Position numbers and translations under genes: made by a program. A stretch of DNA of 63,956 nucleotides, filler included, from Lenisia limosa (lineage: Eukaryota > Protista > Breviatea): NCBI GenBank assembly GCA_001655205.1. It is 8 parts of 8 records of this genome, joined end to end, with 100 filler letters (N's around TTAATTAATTAA, not from the genome) between each part and the next. Parts side by side here need not be neighbours in the genome. Positions count along the whole stretch, not along the records: positions 32,036 to 38,098 come from LPNZ01000986.1; positions 38,199 to 41,829 come from LPNZ01000729.1; positions 41,930 to 48,909 come from LPNZ01009441.1; 5 more parts are not named here. One strand, given 5' to 3'. The notes under the pieces were generated by a model that worked only from the letters and a program-made list of their open reading frames with translations, searched no databases and was not told the DNA's origin. Positions 32,730-46,748 of the stretch are shown one piece after another (the first letter of the stretch is position 1; every line of letters begins with the position of its first letter).

Positions 32730-35566
32730 CCTGTTGTCAAGATCGCGACATGATTTGTCGTATTTCGCCTCACGAATACGGAGTTGCGACTCCCATTCAT
32801 CAAGCTGCTCCATTCTGGGTGTGATGTGTGATTGGAGTGCGAATGGTGTATGGTTGGTTTGTGAAGAAAAAAATACTAACTCAGGTTGAAGAAGAAATGA
32901 AAAGGGAACAGAAGCAAATAAAAACACCAAAGAAGAAAAATCAAAGAGCGAGGGAGTTCTGCCAACCGCAGCTCAATTTCGGCTCGACTCTGTTCCGCTT
33001 TATTGCATTTGTCCCGCCACTCTTCAACAACCATCTTCATTTGTTTCCGCTCGAGTTCCAAATCTTCTTCTTTCGACTTCATATTGACAGCTACAAAGTC
33101 ACTGGGTAGGGGCAGGCTAGGCTGTATCATGTTCATGCAAATACGATAATAAAGAGTTTCCACACTATTTGTCAAAAAATAAAAAAATAAACATCAGGGC
33201 GAAACCTTCATCTGGTTCTTAAACAAGATTAAACTAACACATTTTAAAAATCACTCATCATCCATTATGTGTACAGAAGAGAAGGTGGGAGGAGGATCGC
33301 TTGGCTTACTTAAATCATTTTCCTTTTGACTGAACATGCTGTCAAGCCTGGCCTCCTGCTTCTCAGCATCCCTCTCAAGCTCTGCTCTTTTCTGGTCTAG
33401 CTCGAGTAGAACCTCCTGAGTCGGTCAATCAGAAAAAAAAAAAAGGGGGGGGGGGNNNNNNNNNNNNNNNNNNNNNNNNNNNNNNNNNNNNNNNNNNNNN
33501 NNNNNNNNNNNNNNNNNNNATTCTTTTTGATATTTTACCCGAGCTGACTTCTGCCCTCCTGTCGGCATCCGCCATGGCGGCACGTGCTTTGATAAGGAGG
33601 AGGTCGGCTTCTTCTTTCTGCTGCTGGATCTGGGGTGGCATGAGGTTTCTCTTTTTTTTGTTTTTGTTTTTTTCGGCATTATTTGATATACCTCTAATTT
33701 GATACTCCTCTCATTATAGGGCTTAACTTCGGTTCTAAAAATACTGGCAAAATATTAATAATATTCAAAGATTTAAGCAGTCTTTTTTTGAACTGAAGCG
33801 AAGACCTACTCATTATCCTCACACCTTGAAGCGTTCCTGGTTGATACTCGCCTTGTCCTCCTGCACTCTCTCCTCCACAGCGCGCACTGCTCGTGACCGG
33901 TTGGCGACCTCGGCTTCTAAGGCGTCCGCTTGAGGGGGGGGGGGGNNNNNNNNNNNNNNNNNNNNNNNNNNNNNNNNNNNNNNNNNNNNNNNNNNNNNNN
34001 NNNNNNNNNNNNNNNNNNNNNNNNNNNNNNNNNNNNNNNNNNNNNNNNNNNNNNNNNNNNNNNNNNNNNNNNNNNNNNNNNNNNNNNNNNNNNNNNNNNN
34101 NNNNNNNNNNNNNNNNNNNNNNNNNNNNNNNNNNNNNNNNNNNNNNNNNNNNNNNNNNNNNNNNNNNNNNNNNNNNNNNNNNNNNNNNNNNNNNNTATAA
34201 GGTGACTATTCTATCTGCAAGCTGTACACGAACAACAACACGAGATAAGCGACTCAGAGATAAGAGCTTCACCCCTAAAAAGACTCGATCAATCCTCCAT
34301 AGTCTTATGGAACCGAGAGTGAAGCGATCTTAGAGATCCACCCGCTAACCCTCTTCTGCGACTTGAGCGGCGTTTTGTCTTGCAACATCCACAGCACGGC
34401 CTGCTACCTCGACCTCATTCTGCCGATCCGCTAGCACCTTGCTGTACTCCTCCATTTCTCGCGTTTTGTTTTCGATTCTGGTTAGATCCGCTGCCGTATC
34501 CGCCATGTTTGCCCGGGCCGTGCTAAGTTTGGCTTCGGCTGTGGCAAGGCTCTCCTCGGCCGCGTATTGAGCACTCCGGCACTGCTTCTCGCGCTGCTCA
34601 ACATCCGCCACCCGTGACGCGAGTCGAGTTTCCTCTTGGGACACCCGCTGAAGTACCAGGGTACTGTGGCCGTCTGTTTCCAGCCGCTGTGTGGCAAGAG
34701 CGTTGCGCTCATAGCGCACACGCGCAAGGGTTTCATTAACTTCAGTCAGCATTTCAGCAGCCCGGGCGGCTTCGGCCATGGCTCGGTCTTCTCTAATGCC
34801 GAGATTAGCAGACACCTCCGCCACCGCAGCCTCTCTTTCGGCGAGAGCCTCAGTCTTTGTTTTGAGCTCTTCTCGGTCCGCCTTGACATCGGCTTGATTA
34901 CTACTGATTACCGACTGTGTTGCCTCATTACGCGCCTCCGCCACGCGCATACGCGATTCCCTCACGTCAATTTCAGCCATCATCCTTATCACACTATCCA
35001 GCTCCTTGTCTTCGGGAAGACGGTTCTCCGGGATGTGTAGCGCTCGAGCAAGCCTCACTGTGACAAGAGAGATTTTGGCCTGGCTGGAATCAATGTTCGA
35101 AGCGTCGGAAGCCAAGCGGCTGCGTAATTCTGAAAGTTCTTTCCGTGCCACTTCAAGGTCAGCGTCTTCTTGAACCTGTGCAGCCTTGGCTGTTTCAAAC
35201 TCCTCTACGTTGGATTTGTGCTTCATAATCGCGGCGTTGAGGTCGGATATCGTCATCTCCGGGCCGGGAAGAGTTTCGGAGGAATCGTTTATGGAAGTCA
35301 CGTGACCCCTGACGCCCGCCATTACCCAACTCACAACCTTGTCCACGTGGTCAAGGTTAGTTCTGAGAGCCGCCAGAGACTGCTTGACTGACTGGGGAGA
35401 AGAAGTCTTGATTTCCTTATTAGGAAGGTTGGGAACCACTGGGCTTTCCTTATTAGGTAACTTTGTTGACTTCATTGACCTTGATGGGCTGAAAGGAGTT
35501 TCTGGTAGTTTGGTAGATGGTCTGTCAGAAGCGGGGGGACGAAGAGTGAGAAGAAGTGTTGTCCAT
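32730..35566 (-). CDS. Long coiled-coil protein with S/P-rich N-terminus
   Basis: ORF 34345-35475 is A/E/R-rich and heptad-like; further coiled-coil exons at ~33825-33930, ~33520-33640, ~33300-33420, ~32960-33110 and ~32730-32820. Likely ATG at 35566 needs a 1-nt correction in the G6 run at 35533-35538. Confidence 0.7.
33719..33806. mobile_element. MITE family A copy
   Basis: TA-GGGCTTAACTTCGGTTC ... GAACTGAAGCGAAGACC-TA. Confidence 0.75.
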
Positions 35567-36117
35567 CGAGATAAGCCGGAAGAGGGTGCCCTATACCGTG
35601 AGTCATCAAGAAAAGAATGGGTTTAGTCCGTCAGCTTCCCATTTATGAATAATAACTAGTAAACAAAAAATGTTTCCATCCTCCAGTCACTTGGCTGAGG
35701 GAAGCAAATAAGAGAAAATGAACTGAACATACCAATTCTTGTCTTTTCCGGAGAGAAAGCCGAAGACTTCTTCTTCCAAGGCCTAAAACCGTAAAAAAGA
35801 AAACAATACATAGATTTCGTATGAGGTTGTGACAAAACAACAATACGCAGACATACANNNNNNNNNNNNNNNNNNNNNNNNNNNNNNNNNNNNNNNNNNN
35901 NNNNNNNNNNNNNNNNNNNNNNNNNNNNNNNNNNNNNNNNNNNNNNCAAGGTAGCCCAAACCAATGATGTTTTATTTTTATTTTTAAAACCCCACTTTGA
36001 ATATGAAGGACTCGTTGTGAACTGTAATTTATGCTCGGATGCTTGTTTTTGAGAAGAAAAAAATGACAATTTTAGAGTTTTAGACGCTATACGTCATCAG
36101 GTCTCCAAATGATAGCC

Positions 36118-37992
36118 AGATCTTCGTTGAAATATTAACCAATGCAATGTGGCGCCTTGACCAGCACCGCGGCGTGCTTGAAGGTGGTGCTGCCGAGACT
36201 GCAGGCTTCTCCTGGGACCTGTATGCGACCATCCGTCTCACCTTCTAACAGCGAGAGGCCCTGAAGTTGGAAGGCCTTGTCCACAGGAAGACAAACATGT
36301 ACGTTTCTTCTCTACTCTACTTTTGTTTTTATGAAGCATTTAATATTATCGTTTTGGTAATTTTCATACAATATAGTTTTTTATTATCAGATCATCTTGT
36401 CAGATTCTTTCTCTTTTAATATTATCTAATTTATTCAGCCCCGTTTGTGCCATGTGCAAATCTTCCCAATGCGGCCAAGCCTCACGTACACTGAAAGTGA
36501 CTGTTTTAGTGCAACATAATGAAGCTATTTGCTCGTTTTATGCGCACTCATGACGACAGAGAGGTTTTGAACTACTTGGAAACACATTACCTGAAGATCT
36601 GTTTTGAGAAACTCTATTTTTTTAGATTTGCATTAACGAATTGTGCGAAATCCCTCGCTCGGCGCTGGTTATTGAAGGTGAGGATGCAGCTGTGGTTCGG
36701 GTGGTTGTGCAGGATGATGGCCCTGTTGTTGAGGTACTAGGGGTTTTCTTGTTATTGCTTAGCAAACTGGGTCTTGTTAGAGTTGAAATATGCCTTGCTT
36801 AAAGAGAGATGTGCTTCGACCTTTTGGGTTCGAGTCTTTCACAAATACTAATTAAAAAAAAAAGAAATCTCTAATTTTCGTTTTTGATTGATCTCTAATA
36901 TTATCTTTCCTTTATGCCCTTCCAACCCCTTGCCAGAGGAATGTGGGCAGTCGCATCACTTTTTAAATAATACTGACAAAGCAGGGGATGACTCTTTGGT
37001 CATTCCATTGCGTCGCCAAAAACAGGCACTTCGATGACGAAAAAGAGGTAATTATCTTTCTTTCTTTCTTTGGTTGAATGATTATTGATTTTAGTCGCCT
37101 CTTTGTTAAAAATTTTCAGAATGTTGATGATGGGCAACGTGCTTCCACAACTTTCATTCATTCTTGACCAAAAGATATTTCAGTATGATAAGACTAAGAA
37201 TCTAATTCGAAACAGATTCGGTTATATATATAATATGATGCAGTAATTAATGGAATTGTAAACGGGGTGAGGGGGGGTGACCGACTAACAAGTTGATATT
37301 ATTGGTCATGTTATGAAGAGTAAGGGAAACTTGAATCATTTATATTGATTCTCCGCTCAATGAAGTTGCTATCTTGATCGATTGGAACTATATTACCTCT
37401 CTTGCCAATTTTAACGCGGAAAAGCATGCCCTCTCTCTCAGCTATGGTTTGAATTATGACTATTACTACCCTATATATTCTTTAATCAAACAGTGGTTTC
37501 TTCTACCATTATGATTTTGTGGAATCGGTTTAGGTACATCTCTCCCTATTTCGACGATCAAGGTAATTCCCTCTTTGGACCAGCAACCATGGGCTCTTCC
37601 AGGTTAGTGTACACTATAAAATTATATATGATAGATGGATCCATTAATTGAACAGGAAGGCAAGGTCTTTTTAGACAATGTCAAGAGTGACCTGATTGTG
37701 GGCCCATCCCAATGGGTTAGCCCAGGAGATCTACTGCTCATCGCTCCACGGTTGAGTTCTTGAACGGAGATTATCTCTATAACATATATACGTATATAAA
37801 CCCCAATTAGTACAATCTTTACTGGACAGGTCAGTCGCAAACAAATTCGCAAGTTCAAGGACTCTGGAATCCGCAAGAATCACGGGAGGCCAACATACGT
37901 CCATCCTGACCTCATTGAAATTGTGCTACGCGACATCATCTCGTCTATTGTGAGAGGTGAAAGCCTTTCAATGAAAGAGACTCGTGAACTGG
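36118..37992 (+). CDS. Spliced gene with a Cys cluster and a CENP-B/pogo(Tc5)-like HTH; transposase-derived candidate, cut by linker 38099-38198
   Basis: Exons IFVEILTNAMWRLDQHRGVL, PVCAMCKSSQC, LFARFMRTHDD and (37826-37991) KNHGRPTYVHPDLIEIVLRDIISSIVRGESLSMKETREL, which resembles the GRP-HTH of pogo/CENP-B proteins. No DDE domain is visible before the join. Confidence 0.4.
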
Positions 37993-38098
37993 TATGTTGA
38001 ATTGCTATAAAGGCTTCATTTTTGCCACTGTGTATGACAATATATAGGTGTTTGATATTTGCAAGAAAAACTCTGCTAACCCACCCTCCGCACCTCCG

Positions 38099-38198
38099 NN
38101 NNNNNNNNNNNNNNNNNNNNNNNNNNNNNNNNNNNNNNNNNNTTAATTAATTAANNNNNNNNNNNNNNNNNNNNNNNNNNNNNNNNNNNNNNNNNNNN
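38099..38198. other. Artificial contig linker
   Basis: Same 100-nt structure. Confidence 0.95.
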
Positions 38199-38385
38199 GA
38201 CTTGATTTCGGTTCCAAAAAGACACGATCCTCTGTAAATATCGATATTTTTCGTCTTTTTTTGAAAATATCGATATTTTACATATCTCTTTTGGAACAGA
38301 AAGTGAATCTCCAATAAAACGCCTAGCTTGGTGGGGTGGTTTAATCTTTGATTGTCTCACTGTGATTGCCCTTACTGTTCTCAAG

Positions 38386-41078
38386 GACGGTGACACCGCA
38401 TTGCATAGGGCTGTTTGCCTAGGAGATATTGTGACCACAAAATGCCTTCTGGAGAATGGAGCTAGAGTGGATTGTTGCAATAATGTGGGTGGACTTGGAC
38501 AATTGTGCTTTGAAATTCAAATTAATTAGTTTTTTCTAATAATTGAATCGATTTATGTTAATATTGCATAGAATGACTTATTTATAAGCGTGATGGTGTG
38601 GACAGCTTCGATCAGATATCACCTAGTAGTTTTATTTCTTATTTCTTCAACTCATCTACATTCCCACCGTTTTTAGAAGCTAAACACCCCGCTATATTTG
38701 GCGGCTGAAAATGGGCATCTGGGGGTGGCTCGATATCTCGTTGAAGAACACGGGGCATCTGTCAAGGCGTTTAATGTGGTAGGCTGATTTGGGCTTCTCT
38801 GTGGTCCGAAACAGCTCAATAAAATATCGATTTTTTTCGAGGATTTATCGAGAAATTCAATCTTTTTTGGACCTTAAGGAAACCCTAATGCTGTTGCCAA
38901 TGAGACTGACAACCAGATAATGGAAATTGTGTTTGGGTTGGCGATTCCACCGTGATTGTTTTGACAAGACAAAAGAAAGGCAGCTTTTTTAACGTTAGAT
39001 GAAATAAAATTATTTGAAAAACTGCATCTCATACACATATCGATCGATACGTAGTATCACACAACTTTAACACTTGACAACAGTCCATTCAGTTTAACTC
39101 GACACTTTACTGATTTGAACCGAATGGAAACACTATTGCTGGTAAGAGCTGCAGAACAGCATAATGACGATATTCTGATCCGAACCCAATCCGAACGAGA
39201 GCCAGTGCGGCCCCTTGATCCTGATAAATGTCCACGATTTTCCAGGCTTTTTCGGACCACTAATGTGAAGTTCTCACAATGATTATTTTAACGTATAAAG
39301 CCATTGATATTCTCAGGGGCTCAAAGAAGCGCTTGAATTGGACTGTTTGGCTTCTCACAACGATACGGTGCAATTCCTCACGAAACCTCCAGTCAGCTAT
39401 ATTTGCGTTTGTTGGGCGTGGGATGGGCTGTATTTACGCCAATATATTTTATTCAATTTTTTTTCATCTTGGTGGTTCAAGACAAAGTTCGAGGTAAATA
39501 TCGTTATTTTGTCGGCTCTTATCACTTTACAAAACGCATACGCCCTTACCATCAATATCCGCCCTTTACATAATAGTCCGTACTTTCTATCATGATTTGC
39601 ACTTATCCGCCCTTTATATTGCCGCCTTTTGCGCCTTTCACATAATTGTATTGTATGTATGTTATTTATTATCACGTTACAGGAGATGCGTACGCCACTG
39701 CACGCGGCCGCGAAAGGTGATGTCCCCATGTTGGAGTACTTAATCGAAAAAGGCTCGGATGTCAATGCTGCAGATTGTGTATGGAGGGTTTGTGTAGTGG
39801 GCGAACTATTTCTTTGAGGCTGGGTAAAAGTGTAATTGTTTGCAGCTCCGTTTTTATTATATTTTTATATTGGCTGTTTTTCGAAAGACAAGATAAAGCA
39901 CAAATCTTGTTTATGGTTATCGTATGGTTCAGTAGGGCTTCACTTCGGTCAGAAAGTCCTGTACAATATCGATAGATTTCGAGGATTTATCGATAAATGT
40001 CTTTTTCGAAACCCTAGTTCAGTTTACTCAGATTAAATGGACAGTTTTCTTCCTGTCAAATAATCACGCCGTTCAATTAGGTACAATAATCAGAACATTC
40101 AATAGAGCCTTTGCGAAATGAAAAGAGTATTACATTCAATAGCCTAAAAGACTCAGAGCAAATGGACGCCTTTGTTCCTGGCTATAGACACGAAGCTTCA
40201 CGACAACATTAAGTGCCTTGTGAAGCATGGAGCTAACCTCGATGCCAAAGATGTTGTAAGATGGGGAAAAGTGATGGAATATCAGATTGCAATATCGGGT
40301 AAAATTCCTCTTGTGGATGTATGGATGGGGTATACACTAATTTAGGGCTCTGTGTGGTTGTAAGATGAATTAAAGAGGAAGGATGAGGTGAGTGGGACTC
40401 GTTTATGTTCTCAAAATGATTTTATTTCTGCATTTGTGTATTTTACTAAAGGCATTTCTAAAAACAATCACGAAACTGCTTTTCTTTGGAGAACGGATAT
40501 TTCTTAATAAGTGTTCTTTTTCAGAAAAGACTATATAAACAAATATATGATATAATCCAAGACAGCTCTAAAACAATCAGAACGCTAACGTCCCCCTACA
40601 TTTGGCTGCACTCAGCCATGACCGTGGCACCATAGACCTGCTTTCCTCACTAGGGGCCGATCCCTCTATTGTGGATGACGTGGGGTGGAGGGGGGAAGCA
40701 AGCAGAAATATTGAACATAAGGCAAATGATTGGCTGAATTCATATTATTCTAAGTTAATCCAATATCTCTTATCGGCCAGATAACTCCTATGTTTATTCC
40801 TCATCTTTATTGAGAATGCTATTAGAGAAAGGGTATCTATCAGATACATATCATTTTTTTACATCCTCGTATGCTAATTTCTGAAAGTCAGTCATATAAT
40901 CCTATCACTAGTTGAGATGGGTTAACATGTTGATGTATCGTCAGATGAGCGTATAGCGTTGCCATTTGTGTTATTCGTGTAGGCCGGATGGGGGGTGACC
41001 CAGTTCCTCAAAACGGACCTTGGACAGTACCAAAGGAACCAGCAGTGGCGAAACGAACAGAATGATGATCCTGAATAA
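38386..41078 (+). CDS. Ankyrin-repeat protein (5' end cut by linker)
   Basis: Mostly phase-0 exons, each about one repeat: [90 protein letters not shown]. Stop TAA 41076-41078. Confidence 0.9.
39935..40014. mobile_element. MITE family A copy with deleted right TIR
   Basis: TA-GGGCTTCACTTCGGTC ... TTTTTCGAAACCC-TA. Confidence 0.75.
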
Positions 41079-41320
41079 GTGTCGCTGATCACTTGAAGAG
41101 AAGAGATGTAATTCTGAGCTTCATGCTCATCATCAAGGACGTCGTCTTATTTTAGGAATTTTTGTAAATTCATATCCCCTCTATTTCTCCGAACTTGGTT
41201 CTTTATCTCGGATAGAATGCTCTAAGTTTCTTTGTTTTTGTTAACCGATTGTTTTTGGAAAAGTAGACACATAATGTATATTACATATCGATATGATATA
41301 TTAGTATTATGTATTGCCTA

Positions 41321-41412
41321 ACTTCACTTCGGTTCCAAAAAAGACTGAATTCTCGATAAATCCTCGATAAATATCGATATTTTGTCAGTCTTTTGGAAAC
41401 GAAAGTGAAGCT
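41321..41412. mobile_element. MITE family A copy
   Basis: CTTCACTTCGGTTCCAAAAAGAC ... GAAACGAAAGTGAAGC. Confidence 0.75.
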
Positions 41413-41829
41413 CTGGTATTGTCCCATGAAATCCATATTGTGTTGATCCAGAATCCATTGGATTTCTATCTAGTTGTGTACGCTCGTAACTCGGGTCTTT
41501 TTTCGCTCCTTTTTCACCTAGATTGTGAGGGCAGAGAAAGGAAGGCCACAACATATCGATATATTGTAAAAGTTAGGAATTTGTGTAATTGGAAAATTAA
41601 TTGCAAAGATATATTATCATGTGAGCTCAATTTCAGAGACTGTAATTGCATATTTCGGCAATGAATTTCATCTAAATTTTAATTACACGCAGCCCTATAT
41701 AACTGTGGAATTTAGGAATACCATCATTACCCCCTCCCCACCATACACACATATATCATATAAAAATACAGAGTAATATATGATTTTCCTAGTATATATA
41801 AGAAAAGTACCCCCAGTTAATCAATACAC

Positions 41830-41929
41830 NNNNNNNNNNNNNNNNNNNNNNNNNNNNNNNNNNNNNNNNNNNNTTAATTAATTAANNNNNNNNNNNNNNN
41901 NNNNNNNNNNNNNNNNNNNNNNNNNNNNN
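41830..41929. other. Artificial contig linker
   Basis: Same 100-nt structure. Confidence 0.95.
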
Positions 41930-44900
41930 GATATTCTGATGAAGAATAAGGCCCTTAATCCGCCCACTCGGTATCGCAGCAACCGCCAATCCAGGCCTTC
42001 TTCTTAGCTTCCCTCAGATTCTGCGGCCCAAATGAATCGATCAAATCTGTGACCTTCTCTCCTGCAGTGTTAATCAATTTTACCGCGGGGGGAGGGGGAG
42101 GGAAACGGAAAATGAAAACAACACTGTTACCTCCCCCCCCCCCNNNNNNNNNNNNNNNNNNNNNNNNNNNNNNNNNNNNNNNNNNNNNNNNNNNNNNNNN
42201 NNNNNNNNNNNNNNNNNNNNCAATAAAGCCGTACTAAAAACTGTCAATCCATAGGGGGTATCTAATGTATATATTTCCCTGGATTTTGATTTTAAATGAT
42301 TTCATTCATGTCTTCTTGTTCAAAAAGGGGGAGAAAAACACCAAGTTAGTATTTTAGATAAAAGAACAATGAGTATCCCAACCAAAAAAGGAGATTGCAT
42401 AATTTTGGTTAACCAGTGGCATAGCAGAGGATATGCTACTCCGTAGAAATTAAAACAAAAAGGTTGTATCTGGAAAAAGAGGTCCATCATTACGCTTATA
42501 AAAGATTTAGATTATGATACAATTTTATAAACCCAATCATTTTCCTACAGTAGCTTACTACTGTGTGCCTCCCCCGACATACTTTCCTCAAAAGATCAGA
42601 GTTGCAGAGATCGGTTCCATATGTATTGAACTACTTCAGTTAGAAGAGGGAAATTCAAATTAATGCTATGTATATCATATCACTGGATTGGATCGTTTTC
42701 ACGAGAAAAACAAGGCAACAATAATACGACAATTCTGCCCTCATTTCACATTCCCTCTATCCTCTCAATACCCCCCTNNNNNNNNNNNNNNNNNNNNNNN
42801 NNNNNNNNNNNNNNNNNNNNNNNNNNNNNNNNNNNNNNNNNNNNNNNNNNNNNNNNNNNNNNNNNNNNNNNNNNNNNNNNNNNNNNNNNNNNNNNNNNNN
42901 NNNNNNNNNNNNNGCGCTGTCTTCGTCCTCAAAGCACCGCGCCTGGAGTATCAGAATTGCTACGTTCACAACGTTACGTTATAATTAATAATGATTGTGT
43001 CTTCATCCTCAAAGTGAAGTTAGAAAAGTTATGTTATCCCAAGATAATTCATGTATTTTCTTGTTGTGAAAGAAAAAAAATAACAAATAAGATTCTTACG
43101 TTATTGACTCCGGTTTTGTGGTTCAGCATATCCGCCACTATAATGTTAAATAGCAAGGTGAGCAATCATATCTAAGGATGATGCATCTGGATATCTAATA
43201 TAAACTGTCTTCCATATTAGGGTAAATACTTAGCATGATAACCGACCGCGATAAGTTATGATACGGATGTTGAGCCTTATCTTTCGACAAACGTGTCATG
43301 ACTTATTGCAGCCAATGTACCATATAAAAAGAGAAATCAAATAACAGCGTATCTTGGAGATGCTGGACCAGCCCTGGCCGCATCTCAAATAGTGTCCAAA
43401 GTGATCTCGATCAGTGGTCCAAGCGTGGTATAGCAGGAGGTGTTTCCCCCATTTACAGTTTAGGACAACCCGCTTATGACCCTGTTTAGGACAATCCGCT
43501 AATGACCTGTTTAGGACAATCCGCTAATCACGACATTCCATATCATATGAACAGTGCCGTACATATCATGACATTCCATATCATATGAACAGTGCATGTT
43601 ATTGTACTGTGCGCAATCGTGATATGTTTCCCATATCACCCCGCCCACTTGGCACCATATACATTTCTCCCTCCTCAGACGTGAAGGAATAGGCCATTAC
43701 TAAGGAAAAGTGAAGGACGGTATAATTCAAAACTAAAACCACGGATTTCGGTCTTTTTGGGACCAAAGAGATGATTTACAAGGCCAAAAAGATGCTTCTG
43801 AATTGAACGCCAGAAAGAGCTACGTGAATGGAATCGTGAACGATAATTGTTTGAAATAATTGCATCGCTAATATCTTATTAAAAAAAATAGGAATACTTA
43901 AACTTTCATTGGTTACACTACTTATGAACATCTTATCATCCTTGACATTATTTACTCAACCAATCACTTAATTAAAAAGACCCTCCCACCAAGAGACCCT
44001 ATTCGAACAAATTGATCCAGAGAGCATTTGCTTTTGGGGAAGTCTTGAGGGAACTCCTTGGGTGTTATAAGTGTTAGGAGGATTTGCGTTATCAAACAGA
44101 GGATCGCCAGGGATCTTTAATAACAGACGATCATGCTCGCAAGCTGACAAGACTTGTTTACGCGATATATTGGGAATTATCACTCATATCCACTAGTGAT
44201 ATGATCATATGACCGACTTTCAAGTCGAAGAACGAAGATAACACGAGGGTTCATCCCGAGTATATCAGAGTATCATTGAGACTTGTCGGTCAATTATCAT
44301 ACGAGTGGAAAAGAGGTATCATATCACTGCGGGGAAAATGATAGTTGTGTGAAAATGATCCAAAAAGCGATATGATTGAACACAAACCCCTCACTTCCAT
44401 AAACTCGGTCACAAAACTGCCGTAATCCGACTCTATGATTTCCTTGCCGATTTTGTCTATAATGTAAGCAGAGGGGGGGGGGNNNNNNNNNNNNNNNNNN
44501 NNNNNNNNNNNNNNNNNNNNNNNNNNNNNNNNNNNNNNNNNNNNNNNNNNNNNNNNNNNNNNNNNNNNNNNNNNNNNNNNNNNNNNNNNNNNNNNNNNNN
44601 NNNNNNNNNNNNNNNNNNNNNNNNNNNNNNNNNNNNNNNNNNNNNNNNNNNNNNNNNNNNNNNNNNNNNNNNNNNNNNNNNNNNNNNNNNNNNNNNNNNN
44701 NNNNNNNNNNNNNNNNNNNNNNNNNNNNNNNNNNNNNNNNNNNAAATACTCTTACCAATATCTCTTATAAATATGATAGTATGAATAGTTGGGGCTTTGG
44801 CCTGATCTAACCCCCCATACACTGCAACCCCGTGCCGTCAAGAAGAGCCACTTCATCATCACTCCAAAACAGGGGGGTGTTGAGAGTCTTCGGAAGAACA

Positions 44901-46023
44901 TCTGATTTTGTCAAAAAAAAAACGAGAAAACAATAACAAAATGCGCAGTAATAATATAAAAAATGTATCAAGTTTAGAAATGAGAAATATCTGACAGCTT
45001 CCCTATGTAATCCACTAAAGCGTACTCAAATACTCCCTCCATTTCGAGTCAGGCAGGCAATCCTCAGCCATCACGGCAAGTACCAGACACGTGAAGGAAG
45101 GCATGTCGGAGGTTTCCAAGGCCTCTCTCGGGGAGTAAAATTGACAAAAAAACCCAAAATCAACTCGGTCGGCTGACAACACACAAGGGCTGATAGCAAC
45201 AAAACTAAAACCCAGGTATAATAAGGACGATATGTCACTCTGGGGGGTTGTTAAGGATCTCTCTGTGGGGTTGAGGATACATATTACTCTGATGCAATTC
45301 CGTGTCATGTAATGGACATCTTTCTCATTTTACTTAGTTTTGGTGGTATGTGGGCCGTTCATACCCCAATTTGGCATTTTTAATTGTCCTGCTCGAAAGG
45401 AGGTATTCAGCTGGAATGTTGAAGAGAAGTTCCCCATCCTAAATTGAAATCAGAAGTAAAATCCCTCAAGCTACACACTATCTTGTTAACGTATGATATT
45501 GGGCAATAGAATGATGAAAAACTACCACAAATATCCCTTCGGAAAAATGGGTTAGACACCACAGTCAAGGAATGTGTGCACCTCCTCCTAGTGAAGTTCT
45601 CCGCAACCCACCTCAATAGTATTTGAGGCAACCACACCTCTCCCGCCCTCCGCCTTTGAGGAGATCTCGAGAGACTTGTTGAAGTTAAAAGGACCCTCTG
45701 TGAACCTGTATAGGGTAATGAAGTGGGTATATTTCTCATTTCTATAGACTATATCCATCGATATTAGATAGAATAATATAACAACGATAAATAAAAAACA
45801 AGTTATTATGTGAGACATACTCCGTGTTTATGTGTTTATGATCTTTTGAGGAGAAAAAGAGGAATAACATGGACGACGTTAGAAACATGAGGTCCGAACA
45901 GCTTCTGGCGTTATGGCTGTACATGTTGCGACCTACTCCCCCATCTTGGAGAAAATAAACTGATTCCTCCTAGCCATCAAACCATTTGCTAAAGGCCTGT
46001 TGCTCAGCGCTGATCTCGGTCAT
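41930..46023 (-). CDS. SETD6: SETD6-like (Rubisco-LSMT family) N-lysine methyltransferase; 3' end probably cut by linker
   Basis: ATG 46023. GGRGVVA, SKWREYL, PLFWSDDEVALLDGT, MAYSF...MVP/MADMLNH (exons ~43635-43690 and ~43115-43150), FNTYG...NSDLLRKY. Confidence 0.85.
43462..43598. repeat. Two adjacent short tandem arrays
   Basis: GTTTAGGACAA(C/T)CCGCT x3 and GACATTCCATATCATATGAACAGTGC x2. Confidence 0.85.
44225..44330 (+). repeat. ~100-bp dispersed repeat (family H), second copy at 47078-47172
   Basis: Shared CGAAGATA.CACGAGGGTTCATC..GAGT.TATCAGAGTATCATT.AGACTTGTCGGTCAATTATCATA.GAGTGGA. Confidence 0.85.
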
Positions 46024-46748
46024 AGTGATATCCAAACCCGATCCTACTTCCACCTTTCTTTGTCACCCTTTTTTGGTTAACACTTTACACTTAACCCACT
46101 TAGAAATTAATATAACAAATAAATAAAATAAAAAAATAGAAATAATAGACGAAAAAAGAAAAAAGTGTGGGGGGGAGAGCAGGGAGGAGAAAAGGCTAAA
46201 AAGGGGCAAAGGGTGAATGAGTCGGTGGGGGAGAGGAATATGGGGAATACGGAACTGAGCCGTTCAGTCCAGGTTTTAGCATTGGATGACTCAGTAAAAC
46301 AAAGAACGAACAAGAAGAAGGAAGGAGAAGCGGTCTGCTGAGAACAAAGCATGCGTCCATGAAGCAAACGCAGTTCCCAATCCCCAAATTTGTTTTAGAG
46401 AAGTGTTTAAGAACTTTTGGAAAGTTTGATAGTCCCATACTCCATTAACAGGATGTGGGTCAGTAATAGATCCAAAAATTTGGCTGTCGCTGTCCCGGAC
46501 AATTTCTATGATTAATTAACATAGAACTTCCTCTAATGCGCAGCCAATAAATTTCTATCTAACTAAAAAAACCCCAAGATAAAGGTTAAATAGTGAACTG
46601 AACTTGAACTGAACTTTATGAAATTAGAATGATACTTAAAGAGAATCGTGCTGAAACTCGCTTCTGAGAATAAAACACACGTTCAACTTATCTATTTATA
46701 AATCCTCTATAATTATAATCACTGAAATCAATCGAAAAACCTAACACC

